From Bugula neritina (lineage: Eukaryota > Animalia > Bryozoa), in NCBI GenBank assembly GCA_964035545.1, contig OZ037768.1, positions 8,774,741 through 8,838,740 of the forward strand: DNA of 64,000 bases, in the 5' to 3' direction. Both the position numbers and the translations under genes were made by a program. Under the pieces are notes generated by a model. That model was not told the origin of the DNA, did no database searches, and worked only from the letters and a program-made list of their open reading frames with translations. Of the stretch, positions 42,201 through 52,676 are shown in pieces. How positions within the stretch are numbered: position 1 is the first letter of the stretch; the number at the start of each line of letters is the position of its first letter.

Positions 42201-45200
42201 GCCGCTCCTCTCTCACCAAGTTTTCCTCCCGCGGTATGACCACTTCGTATTCAGGTCCATGCCGCCGTCGCCCGCGCGTCGTTGTCTGCCTCCTGGGCTC
42301 TAACAACGGGGGGGCTTCTCCCACTCCGTCAGGGCTAGCCCAATACGGTTTCAAGCGAGACTCATTCTGGATAGACACCTGTCCTGAGCGCTCAATCTTG
42401 TACGTATGATTGGGCATAGCCTCGACGACCACGTAGGGGCCTACGAACTTAGGCTTCAGCTTATCAGCCTGTCCGCGGCGCCTACGGTAATTGACCATCC
42501 ACACCTTATCTCCTCTTTGATAGAGGGGTGGTTCATCGGAATCTTCGTGCCGCACCTTCCACTGCTGTTGACGCAGTATCTCGTGTGCGGCCTTCATCCG
42601 TTCCACTAGTTCACTGGCATACTCATGGACTGAGTTATCTTGCTCCGGAACGTGATAGGTGAGATGGTCAGGGACACGAGTCTCTCTCCCGAGCATCAAG
42701 AGGTTTGGGGTCTCACCAGTACTGGTGTGTGGGGTGCTACGGTATGCACGCATGACTTGCGGCAACACCATATCCCATTCCTCTTGACCTCGTCCAAGGA
42801 GGAGACTCCGGAGCGCATCACCTAGCATCCGGTTGTTGCGCTCCACCACCCCGTTACCTTGAGGGTGGTAGGGGGTGGTCCTGCTCTGATTTACTCCCCA
42901 GAGGTGGCAAAGGTCGCTCATCAGTTGAGACTGGAATTGAGCGCCTTGATCAGAGTGTATCTGTTCGGGAAGCCCAAAATAACAGAATACATGTTGGTCT
43001 AGTGCCCTGGCCACTGTTGGGGCTGATGCATCTGGGATAGCCAGAGCATCCGCCCACCTAGTAAAGTGGTCGGTTAGTACTAGGATCCAATTATTGCCTC
43101 TGGGGGTCAGGGGCATGGGTCCGACCAGGTCTACAGCGACCACTTGCCAGGGCCTACCAGCATATAGCCTCCGCCGTCCTGCTTCACCAGGGGGGCGGCT
43201 ATGCTTACTGGCCTGGCAGATCTCACACTGTTTGACTCTGAGCCGGACGTCACGCTCCATCTGCGGCCAATACCACCGGAGTCGTAATTTGGATATCACT
43301 CGCTTGACCCCTGCGTGGGCCTGCTTGTGAGTATCCCAAATCAACTCACGGCGGATGGCTGTGGGGCAGACTACCCTCTTCCTTTCCGGGTGTCTGCCGC
43401 TGGCAGCTAGAGAGATGGTTAGCAACCCATCCTGCCCGATCCGCAGCGAGTCCCAACGCTGACAGTATAGCCGGAACTCGGCGCATCCCTGTCGTATGCG
43501 TTCCTCGCTGGGTCGTCGCCCTTCCCTTTTGGCCCGGTAGATGTCTGCCACGACTCCCGGCAGCTCTTCTTGGAGCTTCTTCAGCTCTCGAACATTACCG
43601 GCCAGTACAGGGTTGGCGCGGAGGTTTTGTACATCCTCCGGGGACTCGTCAACTCTTTGCCTGAGTTGACCTTGATCCCAGTCAAACGGTGCTCCGTGAT
43701 GAGCCAGCGTCTCCAACTCGCATCGTGGGGGACCTCCATCCCTCCTCTCGATGTTGAGACACTGTTTGCAACCTCCGTCAGGTCGGCGACTCAACCCATC
43801 CGCATTGCTGTGTCTCTTGCCCGGTCGGTGTTCGATCCGGTACGAGAATTCAGCTAGGATTTCGAGCCACCGGGCGACCTGACTGGAGGGCTCTGCTCTC
43901 CTGCACAACCAGATCAGCGAGGCATGATCCGTACGCAGCCGGAACTTCCTGCCATATAGGTATGGTCTGAAGTGCTTCACTGACTTGATTACTGCCAGCA
44001 GCTCCTTGCGGGTAGTGCAGTAATTTCGTTCAGCGGGAGAGAGAGACTTGCTGTAGTAGGCTACTACTACTTCTCGGCCTTCCTGCACTTGCGACAGCAC
44101 AGCGCCAACATTCTGGTCACTGGCGTCTGTGTCTAGGATGTACTCCAGAGTGGGGTCTGGGTAGGCCAAGATGGGCGCCGTTAGGAGGCAGCCCTTGAGG
44201 CGGTCGAACGCTTCTTGTTCGACTGGAGTCCACTGCCACGTCACTCCCTTTGCGGTAAGCCGGTTTAACGGCTGGGCTATGCCCGCAAAGTCTGGTATGT
44301 ATTGCCTGTAATACCCTACCAGCCCCAAGAAAGCCCGGAGTCCGGTCAAGTCTTGGGGGGGTGACCCAGTCTTCTACTGCCCGTACCTTTTCGGGATCCG
44401 TTGCCACGCCGTTTCGACCGACAACGTGCCCCAGGTACTTGACCTCCGGCTGCAATAGAGCGCACTTGGAAGGTTTGAGCTTAAGACCGGCACCTCGGAG
44501 TCTCTCGAAAACCTCCTGTAGACGACTGACATGTGTCTCGAAGTCTGGAGAGATTACGATGACGTCATCGAGGTAGACCAGCAGTGTCTTCCAATGGAGT
44601 CCGCTAAGGACTTGTTCCATCAGCCTCTGGAAGGTGGCTGGGGCGGAGGTTAACCCGAAGGGCAGCACCTTCCACTTCCACAAACCGTCCCGTGTGATAA
44701 ACGCCGCTTTCTCCTGGGCGTCGGGACTCAGAGGAACCTGCCAATAGCCGCTTAGCAAGTCTAACGTACTGAAGTACTTGCTGCCGGCTAGGGCGTCCAA
44801 TGACTCGTCAATACGAGGTAGAGGGTAGGCGTCCTGTATGGTTACGCTATTGAGTTTGCGATAGTCCACACAGAACCGCCAACTGCCGTCTTTCTTCCGG
44901 ACCAGTACGACTGGCGAGCTCCACGCACTATGGGCGGGCTCTATCAGTCCCCGGTCCAGAAGATCCCGTACTTGTCGGCTAAGCTCCTTCTCTTTCTCCG
45001 GCCCCAGCCTGCGCGTGGGCTGCCGGACAGGGACTGTCCCTGCAGTCAGCGGTATTTCGTGTCTGACAATTCCAGTCAGTCCCACGTCATTCTCCCCGCT
45101 GCTGAACACATCACCGTAGTCGCGTAGTAACTTGGCCATAGCTTGGCGTTCTCTGTTACTCGCGCAGCCGCCACTGGCTGTTTCGTATAACTCCCGGAGA

Positions 45201-48200
45201 TGTGTCGGGACTGCCCCTCGTCCCTGAATAGGGTGTCGAGAGGGTGCCTCCGTCGCGTCACCCAGCGACGGGCCCACGTCCTCTTCCTGGACGGAATGGA
45301 ACCGGCCCAGCATTGACCCAGCTGGGAGCTCAATGGGCTCGGTAAAGGGGTTGACGCACTGCACTAAGACCTCCCCTCGCTCAGTTAGTCGGTTTAAACT
45401 ACTGGCGAGTTGGATCTTTTCGTGCGCGCTTTCAACGACCCCGAGCCTGGCTATCCGGTTGCTGTTCACTCGGCAGTGGATAGTAGCTCTGGAGCGTCCG
45501 GGTACGGTGCAGTTCCGAACTACCTGAACACCGCCCACCAGAGGACGCCCAAACTTATCCACACAGGCGAGTTCTCGCCCGCCCATCAGCACCACCGACT
45601 TACTAAAATCTATTCGGCACTGGTGTTGCTTCAAGAAGGGCATGCCGAGGATAGCATCTTCCTCCAGTTGACCTATGATAAAGGTCTCCTGTACAGCCTG
45701 ATCTCGGACACGCCCAGGGAGCTCGATAATACCATAAAAGGGGATACATGACCCGTCTGCCAGGGTGCCATGTTCTCCAGTATACGGTCGTACTCTATCC
45801 CTGTCCCGGCGGGGCAGTGCCTCAAAGACTCTACGGCTGAGAAGGTTGGTAGTACAACCGGAGTCGAGCAGGAAAGTGACGGCGTTGCCGGCCACCTTTC
45901 CGGGTAGGAAATAGCTCTCTCCATGTGGTTGTACTTTCACCCCCCCCGCATGTGCTGTCCTGGTTTGACAGGACGGCGGGGGTTCCACCCGTGGTTTACG
46001 GGGCTTCCGGCGGCGAGGTTGGTGCCGGCGGGGTTTGGGCCTCTCCACTGGGCCTTCTGGCTCCATTTCAGTGGCGGGCTCCTCCTCCCGAGGTAACCGG
46101 TGAAACCGGTTAGCGAGTGGCAGGGAAAAGGTACTGGGCCGTTGTGCGGGCCTACTAGTCCTGCGTGGTACCTGCCACTCGGGTAGAATGTTCCGCCGTG
46201 TCCGTACGGACAGACGACGGCGTGTTCCACCATACTCCTTTAGTTGCGGCCCGCGGGGAGGGAGAGTGTCCGCGGGCCGTGACAGTTTAACGCCCCCTGG
46301 TATTGGGGTCGTCCTTTCTGTCCCTGGTCCTGATCAGCGCTACTCCAGCCTTGCCCCACAGGTGTTGGGGGCATCCGCAAGGCCTGCCCGGGGCCAGCAC
46401 CGGCCAGAATGGTCACCAATTGTCCCAGCATCTCTACCATACGGTCCACTTCGGCTTCCAGCGGGAGGGCTTCGGAACCTGTCGTAGCCCGAGCAGCGCT
46501 GACTCCAACTACTGGTGGGTTCCGTTGTGCTCGATGCATTTGGGTGGCCAACAGGTAAGCTTCTCCAGCCTTCAGGGCATCCTCTATTCTGGTTATCCCT
46601 TTAGCTCGTAGGTGATGGTCTAGGCCCAGGTCGTTTAGGGACTGGACAAAGGCGTCATAGGTGTAACGCTCTTGGTGTTGTGCTGGCAGATCGCTATATG
46701 CAATCTGCGCCAGCTTCTTCACTGTCGCGGCATGTTCTTGCAGCGAGGTCCGCGGGGTGCGGCACAATCTCTCCAGCTTGGTCCTGGCGTCTATGACGGA
46801 GGTGCCAAAACGGGCCCGCAGCGCAGCCAGTATGCCGTCTACGTCCGTTCCCACTCCGTACGGCTTGGCTTGCTCCGTCACCGCCCTCCGCAATTTGATA
46901 AGGGCCACTCTATGCGGCCATTGAGCAACTTCCATTACCTCTCTAAATTCTTGTATAAATTGTTCGACATCTTCCGACCCAGTAAAGGTGGGAGCTTTCA
47001 AGCAATGTCTATAAGCTTCTTCTCCTTCACGATTCACAGGATTAACAGCATTTCTACGCTCACCTTCTACTGGGGGTGGTTGCATTCTAGCATTTTCAGT
47101 CTCCATCTTTGATATACACTATCCCACTGCTGCCACCACTGTTATAGTTTTCAGATTTAGGGTTGATGTGCCACCAAGAGAGTCTATTTAACACTAGAGA
47201 AACTTCACCAGTTAAGTCGAGTAGATATCGTTATATTTAATACAAGAATACATAATAAAAATCCAATGTACAACAGTAATGATACGCACGTCTATTTAGT
47301 TTACAGCACTATCCTCAACTGAGCTAGTAGCGCGAAGCGGCTACTATTACTTATCAAACAGCTTAGCTAATTGGCTAATACATTGTTCCGGGTCAATACG
47401 CAACCTTGCGTATTGTGTTGCTGGTAGCTCCACGAGCCACCACAATATAGTGTTTTTTTAATATGTAACTTAGTGCTCAGGTTAGACCTATCAAAATGCA
47501 ATGCTTTATTGTTAGAACTAGGCTCTGTCTTTAAGAATCATTAGTATCTTAGTGCTGATTGAGAGTATTGATAATGAGGCTCAATAATATATTTCTGCAC
47601 TTCTTGCATGAGTATTTCAAATATTTGTGGCTTGTTTTTTAACGTTGTGGCATTAGAGCCTATCTACTGAAGCTTCTAGTAAGCAAGTTAAGCCAATAAG
47701 TATGTTACAAGATAGATTGTTAGTGATTCAGGGTGTAGAAAGAGCTCGAGTCTAAGAAATATGTAAGAATTGTACTCTACCATAATTCTACTACCTCTCG
47801 CAAATTATTGTGCTTCTTAAATGCCTTGTCTATGAATTCACTCTTATTGGTATTCGGCTCCCATCTATAAAGCTCAGTGCAGCCAAAGCAAGTCTGAACA
47901 ACTGAACAGCAGGTCAGCTCAAATGTGTGAAACTCATCTGTAGGGACAAAAGTCTTGTTGACTTATCTAATTAATTCACTTATCAACGATAAAAATAAAT
48001 TCTGTTCAGGTGTAATATCAATTTTTATGAACTGTTGAAATATAGTATATTGGTGTAACAAGCCTCATATGTGAAGTTTGTGTGATCAACTCACATATGA
48101 AAATACAATAGTATTACAGTTCCTATAGTAAATAAACTGAATCTACCAGTATAGGTTTATTGAGTTCTCAATTAGGTTCTATGACAGCTAATTATTTTTA

Positions 48201-50225
48201 TACTGACCCTTATATTCATTTTTGGAGTGGCTAGATTTGGTAGACGGTGCTCCTGGTATTGTCTGATTGCTTTTATTCGGCACCCAATATTCTGTATACT
48301 CCGACTCACCAATAATTTTTTTTGCCAATTTTTTAAACATTTTGTCATGAAGTGTAAATGGTTCAAAATATTATGTTATGGCGTCTCCTTGTTTATTGCT
48401 CCATTGCTGTATTTATGTAAACTGTTGGTGCAGTAATTTCATTGAATAAATTCCACGTTTTGTTGACAGAAATACTTCAATGCGCTGGCATCTTCAACAA
48501 AGTAATTACGAAATGACATATTTTAGAAATTTAAAATGATACTTGTATAAAATATAACCCAATCAAGTATAGTTAGATAATTTAATGAATGATAAATTCA
48601 ACTTTAAATTATGTTTAGAGTATTGTTGAAATTAGTTAGGAATGATCATTGTTGAAATTAATTGTAATTATAATATTGTTGTTTTTTAAAACCTTTTGTA
48701 ACTTGGCTCTCTGGATTTATATCTACACATGTCTATCCTTGTTTTAGTCCCATGAAGTTAATGTTTTGGAAGATGATCACGAAAGTAACCTGGGTCACAT
48801 ATCCCTCAGTGTACGAGACCAGAATGCCTCTACAACTCTTATGCAGCTGTAGGTCTTCGAAATATAATTCATTCAAACATTCTTATATAATTTTTTTATT
48901 ACTGCAGTCTGTGTTGATCAACTTTAGTTTAAGATGCTGGATTATAGGAGTTCAGCTGATGTGAGTTTGACATTTTTTATAATTTGTTTTGCAACTAACA
49001 TAAATAATTTATTAACTTATTAAGCAAGTTTATAAATTAATTCAATTAAAACTTAACTTTACACAAAGTTAAAGTAGTTAATACTTAATATCATGGATGT
49101 TGGCTGTAAATGGAATAAGTTGTTGGAAAAAGGCTTTAGATTGCTGAGTCAAAAAGCCCTAATGTTCTTTTACCATTTCAATGCAGTTATTGCTCAAGGA
49201 GCATACGCTCAAGCCTAAAGTTTCTACCAGCACCTTGTAGTCATTAATGTGCAGCTTAAATTGCAACATTTCTTTTTAATATTAAAATAATATGTATGTT
49301 ATTAGCAAAAATATGTTGATACCTTACTTATATCAGCATTAGCTATTTTTAGCTTGGCTTAGTAAAACAATGAACTGGTGTTTTAAAATTAGCTAAATGT
49401 CTACCTGCTACTTGTCTACCGTGATTCTATAATTACATATAATATATTTAGTTTGTATAAGTTGCTTTATTAGTATGTTAACTAAATTGAATATCTCCTC
49501 ATAGATAAGAGGTATCTTTATTTATCTAAAGATAATTTAAGGCTGCTGTTGGTTTGAACTTGGCAATCAGTTTTGAATAGACTATATTTTTACAAAAAAA
49601 GTATTATGTGCTAAAGCAGTTTGAATTATTAAACTAATTTATATCAATATTTTTAAGGGTCTAAGCACAACATACTTGATTATTTATATAAAGTACTTGT
49701 AAATTATAGTTGCTGTTTTTTGCTTGTAGAACAAATACTATTAAATTTAAAACTTCCTTCTGTTTAATGGTGGTATGTTCATTAACAAAGCTTTCAACAC
49801 AGCTGTTTGCTGATTTGGCACAACTAAAACATTAAAATAACCATGAAAATGCTCCATCAATGCCTACGCTAAAGTTGTATTCAGCTCTATACATCAACAG
49901 CCTTACTATTTATAATGTTGGTGCCTTTTGTTGCTAAGCCTTGAAAGGGGAGGGGGGAATAAACAAAGTTCTTGGTTATTACTAAACTTTTTTGTGTAAT
50001 CAGAAAATTTATTACTTTTGAAATCTTATTTAGGTAATAATCTGTGTAATTAATGATTGTCACTGAGATGTGCTCATTTTTGTTGTTGCTAATTGGATTT
50101 TTCCTTCCAGCAAACAGAGTGCTATGGAACAACAAATAGAAGAAGATGTTGATGTTGTGAACCAAAGTAATCCTAAAACTTCTATTATAATAGATAGTAA
50201 TGATGAGGTTGATATTCAAAGTTAA
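30291..50225 (+). CDS. CTCF: CCCTC-binding factor (11 C2H2 zinc fingers), multi-exon
   Basis: Phase-consistent GT-AG exons: 30291-30504, 30723-30869, 31156-31275, 31737-31939, 32234-32362, 32480-32654, 33536-33706, 33816-33961, 34128-34347, 34503-34585, ~35045-35186, ~35305-35502, ~36340-36548, ~36793-36931, 37382-37467, 48748-48848, 50111-50225. Diagnostic CTCF finger sequences: [72 protein letters not shown]. The last two exons (after the large intron) are less certain because read-through of exon 37382 would stop at 37488. Confidence 0.93.
37984..48340 (-). CDS. nested antisense gene: divergent CAP/SCP (GAPR-1/GLIPR2-like) domain protein with a long Ser/Pro/Lys-rich tail, about 600 aa
   Basis: Exons 48208-48340, 47795-47937, 39481-39748 (donor could alternatively be near 39550), 39308-39370 and 37984-39197 join in phase. 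They rebuild CAP motifs in order: [15 protein letters not shown]|[54 protein letters not shown]. Confidence 0.75.
39998..40302 (-). repeat. 3' LTR (305 bp)
   Basis: No differences found against 47140-47444 when compared by eye. Plus-strand ends TGTTATAG...CCACCACA. Confidence 0.97.
40303..40313 (-). other. polypurine tract
   Basis: GGAGGGGGCAG on the minus strand immediately before the 3' LTR. Confidence 0.85.
40574..41647 (-). CDS. retrotransposon ORF3 (357 aa): acidic N-terminus, two zinc fingers, basic patch, C-terminal coiled coil; not Env
   Basis: Intact ATG-to-stop ORF beginning 18 nt after the pol stop. Fingers [21 protein letters not shown] and [22 protein letters not shown]. Heptad repeat [39 protein letters not shown]. 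No hydrophobic signal or TM segment. Confidence 0.85.
   Translation of the reverse strand: METGSMPVDSELIQQIESELLGTTFHVNDDEDTVMADGLLDLELDTVLGQSTHDSSVPRVHSKSSDSQASNGRQSLELGCKDPPRSNTNSTFVGTLAPVSPGMPSLEMAWDSEPAPTTSTTRKLPPQLEATSNWITPATEREIRTHQGGEGNRECNLCQQRFTTHRRLKVHLPQHYITTFCPCGEYSYNRDYLLRHQRTMQCYQGHVYEVDESSYPAFLNAIKPLITDSARLSRLEQGFPSPRPIISKAADKPTQSTNSPPHSPIRMPHTFPRVVLQRVDTNAYTLPPPLPSSERKRHRQPTSSRSSPWARNLREVEARAHDLEQEVYRLAPRVQAASSELKYLQESIKRMKRAARS
41665..46291 (-). CDS. pol: Pol polyprotein (protease, RT, RNase H, integrase), reached by -1 frameshift from gag; interrupted by one extra base at 44355-44361
   Basis: Protease LLDSG; RT YLDD; RNase H LDTDAS...KELLAV...TDH...NADGLS; integrase HHCC, AVDLVGP/HSDQG/VERNN DDE triad and GPY motif. 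The frame is open from ~46333, overlapping the end of gag. ORFs 44117-46066 and 41665-44349 join if one C is removed from a C7 run. Confidence 0.95.
46240..47106 (-). CDS. gag: Gag (288 aa)
   Basis: First ORF after the PBS. Gypsy capsid-like motifs [25 protein letters not shown] and AFVQSL. Confidence 0.9.
   Translation of the reverse strand: METENARMQPPPVEGERRNAVNPVNREGEEAYRHCLKAPTFTGSEDVEQFIQEFREVMEVAQWPHRVALIKLRRAVTEQAKPYGVGTDVDGILAALRARFGTSVIDARTKLERLCRTPRTSLQEHAATVKKLAQIAYSDLPAQHQERYTYDAFVQSLNDLGLDHHLRAKGITRIEDALKAGEAYLLATQMHRAQRNPPVVGVSAARATTGSEALPLEAEVDRMVEMLGQLVTILAGAGPGQALRMPPTPVGQGWSSADQDQGQKGRPQYQGALNCHGPRTLSLPAGRN
46247..46291 (-). other. -1 programmed ribosomal frameshift signal
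   Basis: G_TTA_AAC heptamer in the gag frame (46291-46285), 5-nt spacer, perfect 10-bp stem CGGCCCGCGG/CCGCGGGCCG with a 13-nt loop. The pol frame is the -1 frame. Confidence 0.85.
47121..47138 (-). other. primer-binding site complementary to the tRNA-Leu 3' end
   Basis: TGGTGGCAGCAGTGGGAT, 1 nt after the 5' LTR. It matches the common metazoan tRNA-Leu end ATCCCACCGCTGCCACCA with one mismatch. Confidence 0.85.
47140..47444 (-). repeat. 5' LTR (305 bp)
   Basis: Matches 39998-40302 and is followed by the ATAT TSD. Confidence 0.97.
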
Positions 50226-52676
50226 TCAGTTATCATTTTCAAAATATTTTTGTTCATCTTTTATTTATTGGCAAACTTTCTGTTTTAGCTAAAAATTCAC
50301 TATTTTCTATTGGAATAAACATATTGAAGCTTCATTTTTTTTAAAAACTTTATAATTATTGTTTGTTATTAGGAAAGCTCTGGTCTAATTTTTTACATAA
50401 ATACAGCTTATCGTGTAATATGATTGATCTCATGGTTGTAATATTACTTAAAAAGCATTATTTATTGTTTTTTGTTATCTTGTATATTTGCATGATATGT
50501 TTTTTTAATAAATATACATGTGGATAATTTTCAGGTTTCACTATTAATAATTTCAGTCATTAAATTTCCCGTCGCAACCATAGAGTTATCTCCCTCATCA
50601 TGCTGGAAAAATATTATCTTGTCACAACTATAATATTATTTTCCCATTATACTAAAAATGTTACAGCCAGATGCTCAAATCTTTCACCTCTAGACTCTGC
50701 CACTAGAACTTCACAAATCACACAGCCCATATCTAAAAGCTCAATTATGTAGAATAATTGCAAAAGTTGCATGTTTCTATTTCATCATGTTTTTTATTTA
50801 ACCATTCAATAAACAAATGTAAATTATAAAGTAAGACATAACATGCAACTACAACAAATCAATATTCAAATTTGCAGTTGAGATAAATGCTAACAGTCTA
50901 TATATAGTCACACTGCTCTTTAACAGGTTATCTGAATCAGCTAGTAATAAGAACTTTTTTGGCGAGATGATTGTAGGCTTCCCATTATGTGATTAATATT
51001 AGATAATGCTGATTCACAGCTATAAGTAAACAGCAAATGTTGTTAGCAAATAAACTCTGATCAGTTATAATATATATAATCTACTTACCCTATTGAACAA
51101 GGTTTTGTTATGCATTAATTGTTTTATTAAGACATTTGCTACTGTTATTCCCTGCGCTTGATGCTACCATTCTCTATCAATGGTGATTTTCATACCGTTG
51201 CTTTAAAATTACTTGAACTGGTCTTAGAATTCAACTTAATTTTATATCATGAGCATAAAGTTGTAGGCTGGCAATCTTTCATCATTTGCGTCTGCTTCAC
51301 TCAAAAATTGTTGCCTAGCTTATGTAAGGCTAATTTTGATCTTAAATAGGTATATAATAATATAACAATTAAATTAACTTCAGTAATGTAGAATTTTAGC
51401 TGAAAGTAATGCATAAATCTGGAATTGCATGTGTTGCGTCAGAAATGTATTTTTTCGAAAATGCAATTTACTATAAAAAAAATATACACACTGTTATAGC
51501 GCATAATATTATCTGCCGGAGTTATCTTCCTTAAAAAATAAGAACGAGTACTTTTCCTCTTTTCTTTATTGCTACAAAAATCTAGCCGTTCCAACATCTT
51601 TATTTGTCAGCGTTTCCTATTTATTAGAGAGAATCTACTACTAGTACTAGTCACGCGATTAAGAGCACGAACTTAAAGGGATAAAAATTATGTTAGAGTC
51701 AAATCTAATAACTACAGTGTAGGAAAACTTAAAATTGACACAAATTTAATTTTTAGCTAAACTAATTATTAACAAATATTACTTGCTAACTTAATGATTA
51801 CATGTTCATGTTGGTATTACCAGGTCCAGAGTAAGACTGGGAGTGTGAGATTGAGACCGAGGGCGAGAGTGAGTGACACTCTCAGATTGTTAGTGTCACA
51901 CTCACTGTAACTGAGTTCTTATTACTATTAGTATTGCTTTATTGGTCTTTTGTTTAAATATTGTTTCTTTTTGTTTTCACATTGCCTATCGGCTATCAGT
52001 ATCACTGACAACCACAATGACTATGAGTAATGACAATCTGAATCAATGGAACTATTGCTATTACCATTAGTATTACTATAACTATTAGTATTAGTATTAG
52101 TAGTATTAGTCACTCACTATTACTATCAGTATTACTATTACTAAATATATTGCTATTAGATTAATAGTTATAGTAATACTATTAGTATTATTATTACTAT
52201 TTACCAATAGTAATAGTAATAACGGTTACTGTGACTATCAGTATCACTCTGACCATTCGTAAAATTATAAGTATTAAATTTTGATTTACTATCACATCAC
52301 TAGTACTACGACAGAGGTGTTTTTTGTAATTTTAAAGCATGGAATAATCATTAAATTTCATTATACATCCAATTGTTGCTATCTCCCCAGTACATAACTG
52401 AAATGCTTATTGTGTTAATACATTAATGAATTAATGTACATGTAAGGATTAAATTCTGTAGCCGCAGCTGTGATAGGTTCATTGTTATATAATACTATTA
52501 CCAACAAATCTAGTTGAATGAAATGAGTTAAATTTATATATTGAATTGCAGTTGATAATACAAATTAGTGGTACAGATACCATTATTGAATATTAATCTA
52601 TCAAAGCATTAAAGTATGCCATTTTATTTGGAATGAGTCGGTTTTAATTATCCTTACAGTTGATGTGGAATTCACA

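Larger units (their letters stand above)
39998..47444 (-). mobile_element. full-length Ty3/Gypsy LTR retrotransposon (7447 bp) with gag, pol and a third ORF
   Basis: Two identical TG...CA LTRs. ATAT target-site duplication (39994-39997 and 47445-47448). PBS and PPT present. Domain order PR-RT-RNaseH-IN. Markedly higher GC than the flanks. Confidence 0.98.

Noticed and set aside
40596-47112. Numerous plus-strand and alternate-frame ORFs within the retrotransposon
   Set aside because: Shadow ORFs expected from GC-rich coding sequence, with no motifs.
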